DNA of 64,000 nt from Marsupella aquatica. Lineage: Eukaryota; Plantae; Marchantiophyta. Below the pieces are notes generated by a model. That model did no database searches. It worked only from the letters and a program-made list of their open reading frames with translations, and was not told the origin of the DNA. Below are positions 24,274 through 38,000 of the stretch, piece after piece. Location: contig OZ316892.1 of NCBI GenBank assembly GCA_973895155.1, forward strand, positions 22,793,168 through 22,857,167, given 5' to 3'. Each line of letters starts with the position of its first letter. The stretch's first letter is position 1. The position numbers and the translations under genes are program-made.

Positions 24274-27200
24274 CGGATTATGTTGTTGAGCTCGCAAGGC
24301 GAAATTCCATTGCACCCCCACTTGCAGCACAGCTCAGCGTCTTTACAGCTCTGTGCTGTTTAGAATTGCGCGTGAAACAGGCGAACTACCCAAGAGCACA
24401 CAACATTTTACTTAACATTTTACTTCTCCACTGAAGAGGCGGTGAGGCCGGTCCACTTTCCACTGGAGAGTAAAATATATTTCAGCTCGTCTATCTTTAA
24501 AGTACGACTGACACTGTATCATCAAGTAATGACATGGACTTCGTACATGAAATAACAAGGAAAGGGCCAAAGCTGGGTGAAAGAATGCCTCCGTCGGTGG
24601 CCTTCCCAGTAGAGCACATTGGAACATCACAGCGTTACTCCACAACTTGAACAATTTTATTATCCGTTGCCACAGTGAATGAGGATGCTGTAATAATTTC
24701 TAAAGTTGAAAGTGAACAACCCAGTGAACACCTGTATGGCTGACCCAGGCCAAATCGTATCTATCGCCGTACGAGCTCCATGAACTGCACATTTTACCCA
24801 TGGGAGCAACACACACTGTGTATCGAGGAGGTAGTGATCAAGCTACGTGCAGTAAACATAACACATCGAAGGCAATCTCGGTTTCGTGTAACTCCCAGCC
24901 ATCATATCTCTATCGAGAGAACTATGGTAAAGGCCTTTCCGCCGGCCAGATCATCCGCACCACAACCTTCTCCTCCAAAGCAAAGCTACAATTGTGGTAG
25001 CTACGTGCGTGTCAACGCCCCTCAAAGCCTACACAGCCAGCTCCACTAAAACAATGGTGCTGTAATCAGAAAAGTATGGACAGTTGCGGAATTTGGCACC
25101 ATCTCTCGCTGTTATCTTGCAATTTGGCGCTTTCTAAAATATCCAAATAGAGAGAATCGATCGGAGCTTTCGCAATGAGTAACAAATATTGTCGTAAAGG
25201 CCTCCGTACGAAAAGCCAAGTCGTCTAGATCTTCCATGTACAGGTAGCAGCCGACCCTCGGAATAGAGACCATTGAATTGAAACTCAGTCTAGCAACATT
25301 ATTGCCAGGCCAGAGCCAGACGAAGTGGTAATCTGTATGATTGAGATACTTGCAACAAAATAATATGATTACGATTTCCGAGGTTGTTCATGGACATCCT
25401 CAGAGAAGGAAGGAATAGAGCTATGAACCTTATCTTAGGAGCTCTATGATGGTCGGCATGGACTCGTCTGGATGATTATTTAGTGTCTTGAAGAAAGGGA
25501 TAGTGCTACAAGAACATGACACTAACTCAAGTAGTACACTAGCCCTAACTACATACCTAGCGGGCATGCGAGGGACATGCCGATGTGCATAAGAGGCACT
25601 GTCCCTCGGCATGACACGATATCTTTGTCCCTTGAGAAATGCATTGTACAACACAATTTTGCATATGGATTCGGCCAAAATCAGCTGCGGAACAAAAGTG
25701 AACCTAAAGGAATACTCATCAACTTTCCCAGAAGTGATTCCAGCTAAGAAAATGGGGGCCACTGTGTGACCAAGACGAGTTACTTTTATTTATTTTTCAG
25801 TTTTCTTAGACTTCTGCGGTCGAGTTGATCTTTGCTCCGAATGGGGCCTCATCGAAAGATATTAAGGAAAAGCTACCTAGTGTGGTTGTAGCGATTTGCG
25901 AGAGCCATCCATCGAGAAAGAAGCTTCTTCCGAGTATGTAAAGTGCATACACAAGTAGGAGGAGCGACGTCACTGGAGAAGGCCTTGAAGGTCTGCGAAC
26001 GGGAGACGGAAGCTTCTAACGTTAACGAGAGAGACAATGAAAATGTATGTTTTGGAATCGGTGAACTTGCTCCATCTCCCGTAAGCATAAAGTTGTTTCT
26101 CTCTCGATCCTCTACCACCTATGCAACTTTTCTGCCGGCCACTTGCAGAGACAGGAGAAGATGAAGATAGGAATCGAGCTACCGTACGAGGCAGTCAGCT
26201 TACTTCAATCTGATTCTCAACAAGTTAGTGTTGCTCAATCGAGTCCAGAGTCAATCGGTCTGTACGACACTTCAACTTGAATTCATGACCGATTGAAAAC
26301 CTCATTTTCGGGTTTGCCAAGCGACGAGCATCAACTGTGCTTCATGATGTTCCATCTCACCAAAATTTACTGTGCGCAAGTTCTTTACTTCGTTGTCAAA
26401 TCACAGTTTCACTCGAAAGAGTACACCAGTATTGCATATTGATGACTTCATAAATGTTGGTCTCTTTCTGGAGAATGGAACATGTCGACCTGGAGCAGAC
26501 GACTGGAATGCTAGCTACCATAGTATAATATCTAGGGAAAAATATATCTGTAACTCTGCAATTCCGCCAGCCTTTCACTGTTTATTATCCGCCAGGATTT
26601 TTGTCGTATGGGCAAAATAAGATTTCATCGGATCAATACGTTATGCTATGTGCCATATTTTTTCTGCCCAAGGACGAACGTCACCTCTGAAAGATGTATT
26701 GGACGCTAGTTAGAGTAGTGACAGAGAGATCGTTAGAAAGTGGTGATGGCATGCAATCTGCAAAGGAGACGAGAAATTTATTGTTTTTAATAGAGGTTTC
26801 AGATTATCTGGCCACCATAAAATTGTGTGTCAGTTTGGACACCTGCGAGGCAACCAAACTCTGGACCTCGACTACTTAAGCTCGAGTCGTCATCGCTACG
26901 CTGCAAAATACGGCACCCTAGACCACCGAGGGACAGATTATGTAAATTTCTTAAGGGAGGATTTGTTCTTAGGGCGAGTTTAAGTCGTGTCGTGACACAG
27001 GACGCAGGGGTTTCCAGAGGCTTTGAGAAAGAGCATTATTTTAGAGTGTGCTTCAACGGTCAAAATCTGAGCACTCTCGTGTTCTCCAAAACTCCCATAT
27101 ATTCCAACTTAATGTGAGTACTGTAGCACATCAAGACAGTGCTCCTCTCCCTCTCGTGTGCTGCACTCTTGCTGTCTTCCGTTTCAGATGATGAATGAAG

Positions 27201-27389
27201 TATAGTTTTCCATGTAAAAAGAAAAGATCAACTGTAGCTTCTCGCAGATTGATCGGTAGATCCAGCTTCTCTCACAAGTTTGGATTAGCAGAATATGATG
27301 TCCTTCGAAATGAGCTAACGTCGACTCATAGACTCGGATTAGGAGATAGAGAAAGAGAGAATTAGTTCGTGGACCCCTTGGCTAATAAA

Positions 27390-27797
27390 ATCAGGGGGAA
27401 GAGTCGATCTGAGCCGTCTCCATTTCTTATCTCCGGAAATCTCGTCCGTCCATCATAATGGCCAATCTATGGCTCAAAAGAAAGATCTCAAATAGATCTA
27501 TGGATGGGTTCTGTCCATTTTGCAAATGGGTTAATATTTTTCAAATGAAAAATTAAACAAATCCAAACAAATCCAAGGCCTCCTAGCCGTCGATTTTGTT
27601 GATTTTACGATCTTTGTCGTCCATTTTGTAATGCCTCTAGAAATCTTATTCATCCATGTTAGAAGGCGATCTAGGGTGCAAAAGAAAAATCCCAATGAGA
27701 TCTACAACTGGGTATTTTTTGTTTTGAGAATGAGTAAATAGTTTTGAGTATAAAATTAGATGAACTTTCAAGATTCCAGCCATTCCTCCTCCCCGAT
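27390..27797. mobile_element. Possible MITE-sized AT-rich insertion
   Basis: Weak terminal inversion ATCAGGGGGAAGAG / CTCCTCCCCGAT and repeated 'gtccattttg'; a related motif lies on the opposite strand near 44540. No clear TSD. Confidence 0.3.
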
Positions 27798-28254
27798 CCT
27801 GGGTTTTTATGGGTTTTTATGTGCTCTTCCCAACATTAATGGCCGTACAATACGAGAGGTCCTTACATACCGGGAGTTGCAGTTCAACAAGGAAGTTAAC
27901 AAGTTAGTTATTAGTCATTATTTATTATATGAAAAATACTTTTTATAAATCTTTGAATTTAAGTTTTAAAATTGGAAATGTAACTAAAACGGTTACATAG
28001 TGACAGCTTTAACCGTCTTGCTCTTTGCATTTCCAATGTTTTTACTTTTCTTTTTATGTCACGGCATCCCAAAATTTACACCCAAATTGACACAAACACA
28101 AATGAAAACTATAAGTTTGATTCACAAAACCGACGAGTCTTGTTTGTTGTGGTTGTTGTTGACGTGGCACGCTGTGGTGCCAGAAATTTTGGAAGGGACC
28201 TCTAGTGGGGTCTGTAAAGAGAGATAGAGTGAGGGATGCGGATTGTCCGGCGAC

Positions 28255-28765
28255 TGTCGCTGATCCAAATCCATCATCGTATTGTAAGCGGTTGAGGGCG
28301 ACACAACATTGCATAATAGGAGCTCGCGTAATTACAGCTTCCACCATAATAAGATTATATTACATAATGCTTGCACGCACAGTGAGGAACTCACTGGCAA
28401 GAGGGTGTCGTTGATCAAAACTCATCATCATATTGTAAATGGCTTTAGTGGTGGTTAAAGCATGAACATGATCCAGATTTTGTTTTGTAGTGATTGCATA
28501 ACTGTGATGCATAACAGGAGCTCGCGTAATTTACAGCTTCCACCATGATATGATTGATATAATTATATTAGTTGCACACAGCGAGGAAGTTACTGGCAAG
28601 GGAATTCTCGCTGATCAAAATCTATCGGTCGTACTGGAAATGGTCTAGGGGTGACTAGACAAAGTATTGCATAACAGTAACTCGCGTAGTTTACAGCTTC
28701 CACCATGTATGATATGATTATATTACTTCAAGACTTGCACACAGCGACGAACTCACTGGCAAAGG
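28255..28765. repeat. Diverged tandem triplication, unit ~160-200 bp
   Basis: 'tgcataa.aggagctcgcgtaat(t)tacagcttccaccat...gcacacagcgaggaactcactggcaag' at ~28310, ~28508 and ~28668. Confidence 0.9.
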
Positions 28766-31271
28766 GAATTGAAACGTGCTTACGTCACAGTGATCTGCAG
28801 TGCTTATTGTCAACGTTAATGACAACTCAATCTCGCGTTAAATCTGGATCCCGCCAATGAAACTGCCCTTTGCTTGCTGGCTCGCTTGTACCCTGCTGCC
28901 GAAATACCGCATGGCAGGACCGCAAGCTGTCAGGGTCGGTGAGTACACGTACAGAAGCCATCCTTTCAGATGGGTTGCCGCAATGTCTCCCCTCGACACT
29001 GGTGGAACCGTGGAACGACGCCCGCGCCTACCCACAAGGCACAACTTACTTCCTTCTCGATTGCACACTTTTTAAGCAAGCGAAATTGCCGGAAGTACGC
29101 AAGCCGTGTGGAAACCATCAGCCACCCCCTCCTTCGTAGTCCGAATCCGTGGATGCCACCAACAACTTACTACAGTACTGTTGTAAGCAGCTTTACGAAA
29201 AATGTGATCTCAAAGCCCGAGGAAACAGGCTCCTCGAAAAGAGTATGGAGATAAGACCACTCCTACGGTATATCCATGCCTTCGCATCCGTCCACAGCTC
29301 CAGAGGGAATTGTCTCCGGTCCCCCCGGTGCGGAGACCAAAGTCGGTGACCGAGCAGACCGAGCAGGTAATAGGTTTTCATGTTGGAAAGCCATTAGAGG
29401 CACGTGAGTTGGACACGCAATGGCTGTCTCCCTTCGACTTATGGATTACACTCCAACGTTCAGTTGACTCGGGAAACGTTTTGCCGAGTGCATTTCATTT
29501 TGCTAGAAGTCGAATCGAAAGATCTCCTCAGATTGTGCGGAACTACAGTGCAATTATCCTGAATCGTTGTACAGTCTGTGGATATCCGGTGTTCCGCGGG
29601 TCAATTGCAAAAAGCGGTGTCATGTGCACGAGGAGCTTTGTTCAACTTGATCTGCGTCCTTCCTGTAAACAGCATTGCTTAATTTACTCATGGGATCAAG
29701 ACTTATAACGTCAAAATTCTCAAACTGCAGCTACTAGGTGTTCACCGCAGCAGCGCGGTCGTCGTACATTCAGAAAGTCTTCATGAGTTCATCAAAGTAC
29801 AACGTCCATGACACTACTCCATTTGTTAAAAAAAATTTATGCGAACAGCTTTTCAACTAATCATCTAGAATGGTGAGCACTGATGCAAAAAACCTTTTCA
29901 ACGAAGCAACGGGAATGGTCAGCTACTGGCTGTCCATCCCGGCACTTCGTTGTGGCCCAAATACCAAATTCTAAAACCCACCCCCACCCAACAAGTTGCA
30001 CCAATTGGAGGCGTTGTGCCGGGATACCACCGGCATGCGATGCCAGGTGGCCCATTTGATCCATCAAAGCATTGTAGTGCAACGCCGAGCATGTGTACTT
30101 CACTTACTACTTAGACTTCCTGCGTGTTGAGAACCGCCAGCCCATGCAAGGCTGAATGAGATGTCCCTCGAAAAGTAGGTCACTGGCCACTCTAAAGTAG
30201 GGCACTGGCAAACATTCACGGGGCTAGGAATCCTCGAATGAGATGGACCATTCCCTCACGGGATTGATGAAAACCAAACTGCAAGTTCTCACTGGGCCAG
30301 GAAACATACACAAAAACGAAGGTTGCCAGTGACGGATAGATTGAAATGTACGCACGGGCATGATTTTCAGGAACGTATACACATGAAAGAGTGAACGAAG
30401 CGTCCAAACTATGAATTGGAATCCAGATTGCAATATCAAGATGCACAATGAATCGTAGCAATTGGGAGAGCCACCAACGATGGGTTAGTAAGCGATTGTT
30501 GGGATATGAAACGAGAGGAAGATGTGGTGAGAGTGGATCATCTCGAAAGCAAATGACCGCTTTATTACAAAAATGCTTCAGGAGTAGCGCATCCTGTAGG
30601 AAGGTTGCGCCCCAAGAGACATCATAGAAATCTTTTATTGAGAAGACTATACAGTAAAAGGCTGCAATTCAGCCCTGGAGTGCCTTTCTTCCGTCGCAGG
30701 GAGAAAGGCAAACAAACAGCCAGTGCTTCCTCTGGCCGAAGACAACAAACCCGCGCGAGAGGCTTTATGCATGATGATGCTAATTTCACATAAGTTATCG
30801 ATCATATATATAGATAGATATATATATGTATATATCATACGGCAACATTGTCGCACACACGCAGTCAGTGATGTTACATCATTTCGCCGCTCCTCAAGCC
30901 AGCGTACTGTAAACAAAATGAGTGTAACAGCAGAGCAGCGATTCTCTTCGATCTGTTCTCTAAATTTCTCAAAACCTGCCCGACTCATTTCGCAGAAGAC
31001 CATCATCGGTCATCATCATCGCTGCCTTCTGGATTCGGTAACATGCAGTAATTAATGAAGCCCACCCAAGGTTTTGGTTCACTATATTTTTGTTGTTGTG
31101 GTGGTGGTGGTGGTGGCGTACTGGATAAATAAGTTCGTGCTCATCATCGACTCCTACAGCGCGGCCGGCGTTAGACATCTGCGCCTCGGATTGTGGAAGC
31201 TAGCTAAGTATAATGTATAAACTCAACAGAGAGCTGCTTGATTCAACTTTTGACACTGCTAAGTTCACAAA

Positions 31272-33089
31272 TCAGGGCCATTCCCACCAGGGCAAGCTGC
31301 CACTCTCGTCCATGGTGTAGAAGTAATTACTACATTCTTCTTGAAGCATGTTCGACGACAGAACTCCATCCTCGACTTTCACCGCAATACGCTGGAACGA
31401 TTGAGGGGCGACAGGCCGGCCGCCGCACAGATCCTCCGCGAACTGTACGAGTGATGTATCCACATTGTCTGTTGCCTGCGCTGCTGTAGAGGAGGGTAGC
31501 GGGCCGCAGGCGAATGAGGTCTTCTGGTCGACGCCGGGTGACAAACCACTGTCAATTGGGTGTGGGCTATCGGCATTCATGATCTCGCTAGAATTGCTCT
31601 CAGAGCTGGTCGATCCTCCTTTGCTTTTCGCTGGGCTTTCTTTGTTCATGCCTGTAACTGGAGCAGGTGTGCTCAGTTGCTGATACTCCTGCTGCTGCTG
31701 CTGCTGCTTCTGCCCATCCTGTTGATCATGAGCTCCACCTGCAGGCTCAGATTTCAACGCACTATCCAGGTGGGGAGCAAGGTCCGCAGCCACATCAAGC
31801 CCGTCGGCGCCGAAAACCTGACCGTCGAACTTCTTTTGCTTTGATTGAGACTGGAGTTTGCTCTTAAGGTGACGGATCTGAGAGAAAGCACCAAATTGTC
31901 GTCAGCAGGCAGATTCATTGAACTTCCAAACCAACTGAAGATGATCATCATAAGCATCGAAGTTCAGAACAAAGGCATTGAAAACCATGACTCCTATCAC
32001 CTCGCAAACACATTAGCGCTTATGACGCTCTGTGAAATTCTTCCCAAAGTTACAAAATCAATGATGCCCACATCGTTCACTGAGCGAGATGGGATCTCGA
32101 CATTCACCTCCGCTTGGAGATTCTCCTTGTCCTCCACGACTGAATCGTATTCTGATTTGAGGGCATCGTAGTCCAGCTTCAGCACATCATAATCGCGCTC
32201 TAGCTGTTTGGTTTTCCAGCGTGCACGGCGATTTTGGAACCAAACCGCCACCTGGCGAGGCTGCAGGCCTAGTTCTCGGGCAAGCTGCATTTTCCTCTCG
32301 GGCTCGAGCTTGTTTTCGAGCTCGAAGTTCTTCTCGAGAGACCTCACTTGGTCGACCGTCAGCCTCCGCTTCTTCTCCACATGATGAGAGCAGTCATCAC
32401 CAACATCGTCATCGCCAGTTTCTTCTGATGTATCGAACATTGGGTAAAAGGGCCGCTTCTGGCCTCCGCCCATGACCGCGTCCTCTAATCCTCCGACCGA
32501 TCGTGGAGCTGTTCAGTGTTCAACCACATTCACAGACCCGTTAGATTTCATTTTCAACTACATGAAGCTCGGTGGCGTGATGCACGGATCGACTCAACAC
32601 GCTACCTTTCTTAAAAGGTACCGTACTCTCTCAAGTTGCACTGCTGAACAATGCAAATTTAGATTAGTTCGGCGTTTCTAAGAGATGGTGGTCAGGTCCA
32701 TAGCACATTACAGCGCGACAGTACATCAGTCAGTCTCCGGTCTCTGGTGACCAACCAAAGGATCCCAGATCTTCGAGTTTCACAAACTATTTCCGGTTGT
32801 CACATCCATAGACCTCTGAGTTTACCTAACAAGCAAAGCACCGTCTAGAGTCTTGAATATTTGCAGCAGGCGATGACTAGTTAAACCATATACAATCTAG
32901 CGCCACGAATGTTTTCTTTGAGTGGTACACTTTCAACTTAGATATTTGCTTACCTTGCATGCCTTGAGCACCGCAAGAAGCCAGCATAGCCACAAGGGTA
33001 TCGGCGGAAGTGCTCTCGCTCCTCATGAGCATCACATTGGCTGCATTATAGGCTCGGGCAGTGGCAGCCATCATGGCTGAACTGGACAT
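31272..33089 (-). CDS. Class I homeodomain-leucine zipper (HD-Zip I) transcription factor; exons 33089-32954, 32508-32108, 31877-31272; 380 aa
   Basis: Homeodomain [60 protein letters not shown], adjacent zipper, and C-terminal aromatic/acidic (AHA-type) motif SLPWWEWP*. Splice sites keep frame: CAAG|GTAAGC...AACAG|CT (phase 1) and GAG|GTGAAT...TTTCTCTCAG|ATC (phase 0). Exon 3 has a polyQ tract. The true start may be the MMAA a few codons downstream. Confidence 0.96.
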
Positions 33090-33970
33090 TCGAATTGAAT
33101 ATGTTATAAGTAAAATTGACGCAGTCGGAAGAGTTGCCTCAAATTTGAACCACCTTGTACATTTGCCGACACAAAGTGCTACTTGGCGACCCCAGCATTC
33201 CTGTTCCTGGTATGATTGATCTCCGGATAAAAGGTCGTAGCTAGCCCTGGTCTGGCCCGAGTAATATAGCTCCCTAAAATTTCTGATTCATGCTCCAATT
33301 GGATTGAAATCAGCTAGCCGTGCTAGGTTCTGCCTCGCTCCGAAGTCCAGACACTGCACTGCTCTGCGCACAGCATAGCAACCGCAATCCCATGTATGAT
33401 CCCAGTGTTGTTTCCTCTGGACAGTAAGTACACACCGCAGAAGTGAAGCTAGCTTGCTTCCAACAGCACCGCACACAGCACAGCCACTCCTCTCTCTGTT
33501 CAGATTTGCCTGTTGCTCAGCACGGACGACGATAGCCAAAGCCAAGCCCCTTAGGCCACCATCTAGCAGAAAACGACCCAGGCAGAGCGGATGTAATGTA
33601 TATTAAAGTGGTCGACTCCCGATTGACAAACACTACACTGAGCCACTGACCCTACTACCACTGTCTCTCTCTCGTCCTCTCGTCCTCTGGTCCTCTCCCT
33701 TTCTATGTGAGAATGACGCCCGGCGAGCACCGAGGTCCCTCCAGAGCTGACTCGCGCGCTCTCCCTGTCTTTCACAACCCAGGTCGAAATGACGAAGGGT
33801 ACACAGTTAGTTGTGCCTCTTTTGTAGTAGCTGGGTCCGTCCTTCCTCCTCAGTAGTGAGAAAAAGCAGACAGAGTGCACGTACTACGTTCAGATCACCC
33901 ACTCGTGAGGTCCCTCTCGTCCACCCTCCCTCCCAGCCAAAACACCTCCCAGGGACACAGGACTCCGCTC

Positions 33971-33980
33971 CTTTATAAAT
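33971..33980 (-). promoter_or_regulatory. Candidate TATA box of the HD-Zip I gene
   Basis: ATTTATAAAG on the minus strand in otherwise GC-rich sequence, ~880 nt upstream of the ATG and followed by a GA-rich leader. Confidence 0.55.
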
Positions 33981-34824
33981 TACCTCCTCATAACAATGCG
34001 CTCTAGCCGAGCCTAGCCGCTCTCTCCCTTCCCAATCTCACTCCCTCTGGCCTCTCCGAATTGCTTTTATTCTATCTATGTTGCCTGCCGTTTGTCTCTT
34101 CCTGGTAATGACGACTGCCTGTCCACTCAGTGAATGCAGCTGCACCTGTAGCAGTAGTCGTAGTAGTGATAAAGTACGTAGGAGTAACAAAGCTAGCTGC
34201 TTAGCTCCTACGCTATGCAGGCACTTAGCTGCCGGTGCCTCCCTTCGTTCTCGCTTTGCTTGCTCTTTCTCTCGCCCTCCAACTGGATTGGTTGCCCAGA
34301 CTTCCCCTCCCCCCGTTCCCTTTTATCACCACTGTATATCATCCATCCCTTCCCTTGAATCCGTTCCACTCCAGCTTTACTGTTGTCCTGCCACTGTCAA
34401 GTATGCCGCTGCTACAGGACCTGCCCCTTTTTCTTCCAGCCAGGTTCCCTCGATCGGCCCCACCAACGACCGATGAGCAGCAACAGACACTAGACAGTCT
34501 GCCTCGCTTCGCTCGATTGCTTGCTCCCTCAACTCTTTCTTTCTTTCTTTCCTGCTTCTGTGCTCCTCTTCTCTACTCCTCTCCGAGCTTTTTATATTGG
34601 GACACAACCACCAGACTCGTCAACTCCCGAACTCGAGCACGTCAACCTTTTACTTACCCCTCTTCCTTCCCCTCCCCTCTTCCTTCCCCTCTCTCCCGCA
34701 AGCGAATCCTTGTGATTCACGGAATCTCCCCCGCAAATCGCAGCCCTCCCTTTCCGCCCCTGCCCCTCTGTCGGTCCGGTCGGCTTCACCCGGGTCAGAG
34801 TGGGGGGTTAGCTTGGAGTAAGCT

Positions 34825-35045
34825 GTCGGCGCGTGACCAACACGAGAAACGAGCGACAACCGCGTGGTTAGCTTGACCGAACCGCTGTGGTTAGGTCTGA
34901 CGGTCGGTTCGTAGCTGAAGATCCCGGACGCACATCCTGCCTAACCGCGACGGGAGTTTGGTTTCTCAGGAGTCAGATTCAGGACGGTGCGGGTGCTTTG
35001 GGTTGTCCGTCGCGCGCACAAGAGGTTATGGTGAACCACGTGACA
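34825..35045. promoter_or_regulatory. Upstream CpG-rich cluster with a G-box/ABRE (CCACGTG, ~35036) and CGCGTG elements (~34830, ~34861)
   Basis: Motif matches only. ABRE plus CE3-like pairs are common in ABA-responsive promoters, and many HD-Zip I genes respond to ABA or drought. Confidence 0.35.
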
Positions 35046-38000
35046 TTCACTTACTCTCCCGCTTCGGTGACCCCCTTGCCTGGGCTGACATGGTTGTGGT
35101 AAACTGGACCGGAGTCATCGTCGTAGGCGTCGGCTGGCACCGTCCTACAGTAGAACGTTGAAAATCACGGGTATACATTTGACTAGTACCCATTTAAAAG
35201 AAATGCTTCATGAAGTGATTCGTTGACAATTAGTAGTTCCAAAAAATGTTTGCCTTGTTTTCTCCTCTTCTTTTGGGTGTCTTGAACTAGTTAGGGTGTC
35301 TCAAACTAGCTGTTTTTCTTCTTTTTCCAGTGAGTTATCTCCCTTTTTCTTTGAGTCGGCCGGTGTAGGAAATTGGCATCCACAACCCCTAACCACAACC
35401 CAACTTTTGTGCATAATCCAAGAGGTTTTGAGAGGGTCACAACACATCCTAGGAGTGACTCAACATCACCCATTTTGAATACTCTCTTTGGGATTGTACC
35501 TCGCAATTGGGCATCTTTTATTTCTTGGAAGTGCAATATACATTTTCAGCAAAACTGAAACCACAATGGACCTAAATCTTTGACAAAATACTCAGATGGC
35601 CTAGTGCAATCTAGATGACTACAGAAAAAATGTTTGTGTATCAGATAACAGTTTTTCTTTGTAAGCAAATCCATACGTTCTGTTTGAAACTAAGGTGGTC
35701 CATCCAATGCTGGGCAGTTTAGAATATTATTTTAGAAATAGCAAAAATGGAAAAACATCACTCATTCTCATTGTGGTAGTCTTGAACAAATACTGAGGTC
35801 ATTGTTTATTTATTGACCCGTTTAAGGATCACAGCTAAGTTACAATAAATTTTGTTTGAAGGCAAAAACCCCCGCAATAACCTCCTGCTCATGAAAAATA
35901 AATCTGAAGTTTGTAATTGTGCTTTTGGGTTAGTTCACCCAAATTAGGGTCATATTAAGTTACTTAGCGTCCCTGTGCCGTGAATTTGTGTGTTCTTCAT
36001 GCAAAAGCATGTGTTGGGGGAACTTTCAACTTCACTTAGTACTTGGGGGTTCAGTAGAACGTATTGTTCAACTTGGGTTTTATTTAATTATTGTTGAGGC
36101 AGAAATCTTCAATCACATTTTGTTATTCCCTGGATTAGATGCTCTTGGTCAATCCTGACATCCTACTGCTTTACACATTGGATATTATCCAATTTTCTAT
36201 CAAGCCTTACATTATACAAGGACTTACACCTCCACAATGGCCATTCTTATCATCGAGTTTGTGTCATATTCATTTTACTTTGCATTTTATAGACTTGTCC
36301 TTAGATCTCAAGTATTCCAGGTGATTATGCCTTGATGATAATTATGATATATGTGATGTGATGTGACTAGAAGACGGACCAAAGCAGAAACATGTAACCT
36401 CTATTGCTGTTCAAATTTACACAACAAGGACAAGCGGGCACCCAATGAAGGAACATGTGGCCTATATCGTGGGTCAAGTTCAATTGTCCATTCCATACTT
36501 TTCACTATGTATTTAATGGTGATTTAATTGTTTATGACTAAGTTAGGTTATTAACTAAAACTGCGCATCCCATGACTCACAAAAATCAGGATGAACAGCT
36601 TTTTAAAATATAAGGGGAATATCTGATTTTTAATTGATTTCTTCTCCATCTTTCTTGGAACCACAAACTTGATGCTCAAATCAAAATGTCTAAATTCGGG
36701 AACATGGACCCAGCTCTCTTTTTTTTCCTAGTACAATCAATAATGAGCATTATTATACCAACGAAATATTCTAAGTCAGTACAAAGCTTGAGAGCAGTGC
36801 ATGTGAGTTATATGGGCTTTTTGTCAAGCATTTTGATCCGTTGGATTTTATTTCTTATATTCAACAAAAACATTAAATAAGCATGAACTTCTTACCCGCA
36901 AATGTGTATATGTACACCAATAGTATTGTTTTAACTCTTTTAGAGTGTTCTTATGTCTTGGTGATTCTCGCATGGTTGCAATTTTCAATGCGACTATTCT
37001 TCACAAACATCTAGAAGAGTACATCCACAGTTTGCTCCCACTATGTTTCAATTTTTTTTATTAGTTTCCCATTGACTATTTAAATGGGAAAAAATTCAGC
37101 ACAAATGGTTGAGGACTACTCCTTGGAGGTCCCATCAAGTACAAAGTGAAGGGATTCATCACCAGTCAAGTTTTTTCTATTATTTTTATCCACTACAGTT
37201 GTGAATTATTCCATGCAATTCAAAAATCTAAACCGAAAAAACCCTTTATAGGCAGTCCACAGAAAATGGACACCTTACTCCTACGAGGGAGACACAAAAT
37301 CAATAGACTCAACATTATTGGGAACATTATCACTATTACGTATTCTAGGAACCCATGCGTCTATAATTTTTACTTCCATAACTTGAATTGTTTGAAAAGA
37401 TGCTTGACACAGACCACTGGAACTGGCATAGACCATACTGAAACATGATTTTCTATTCAAATATCACCAGGTGTTTTTGTAGAATTCTGCTCTTTGTGGT
37501 CATCAAACGTGCTTCAACCATTGATGTCATGAGGTCATATGGAGCGTCAAATATTGCGGTCCGCAATTCTAGTCAGGAAGAAAGGTTACCGATGTGTAAC
37601 CTTTTTTACTAGGTGCCACCATTTCCATAACTCTGTCCCCAGAAAATCTTGCCTGATGATCTTTTTTCCAGGCAGATATTAAGTATGATTTGCCTGTTTG
37701 GGCTGGGGTTACTATTTGAAACATGTTCCCACAAAGTTCAGAAAAATTTTCTAACTCCCACTCGTTAACAATTCCTCACTTTCTGGTCAGAGGATTACAG
37801 ACTAGTAACACACATACTAAACTGTTGTTTCCACTCCTTAGCAATTTTTCACTTTCTGGTTAGAGGATTACAGACTAGGAACACACATACCAAACTGGCA
37901 TTACGTCCAAGCAACAACTTCTTGTGTTTCTGGCACTAAAATGGATTCTCCCTTGGCAAGAAAAAGAAAAACTTAATTATTATCAAGTGACAATAAAACA

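Noticed and set aside
34078-34876. Long plus-strand ORFs upstream of the HD-Zip gene
   Set aside because: Low-complexity translations of CT-rich promoter sequence.
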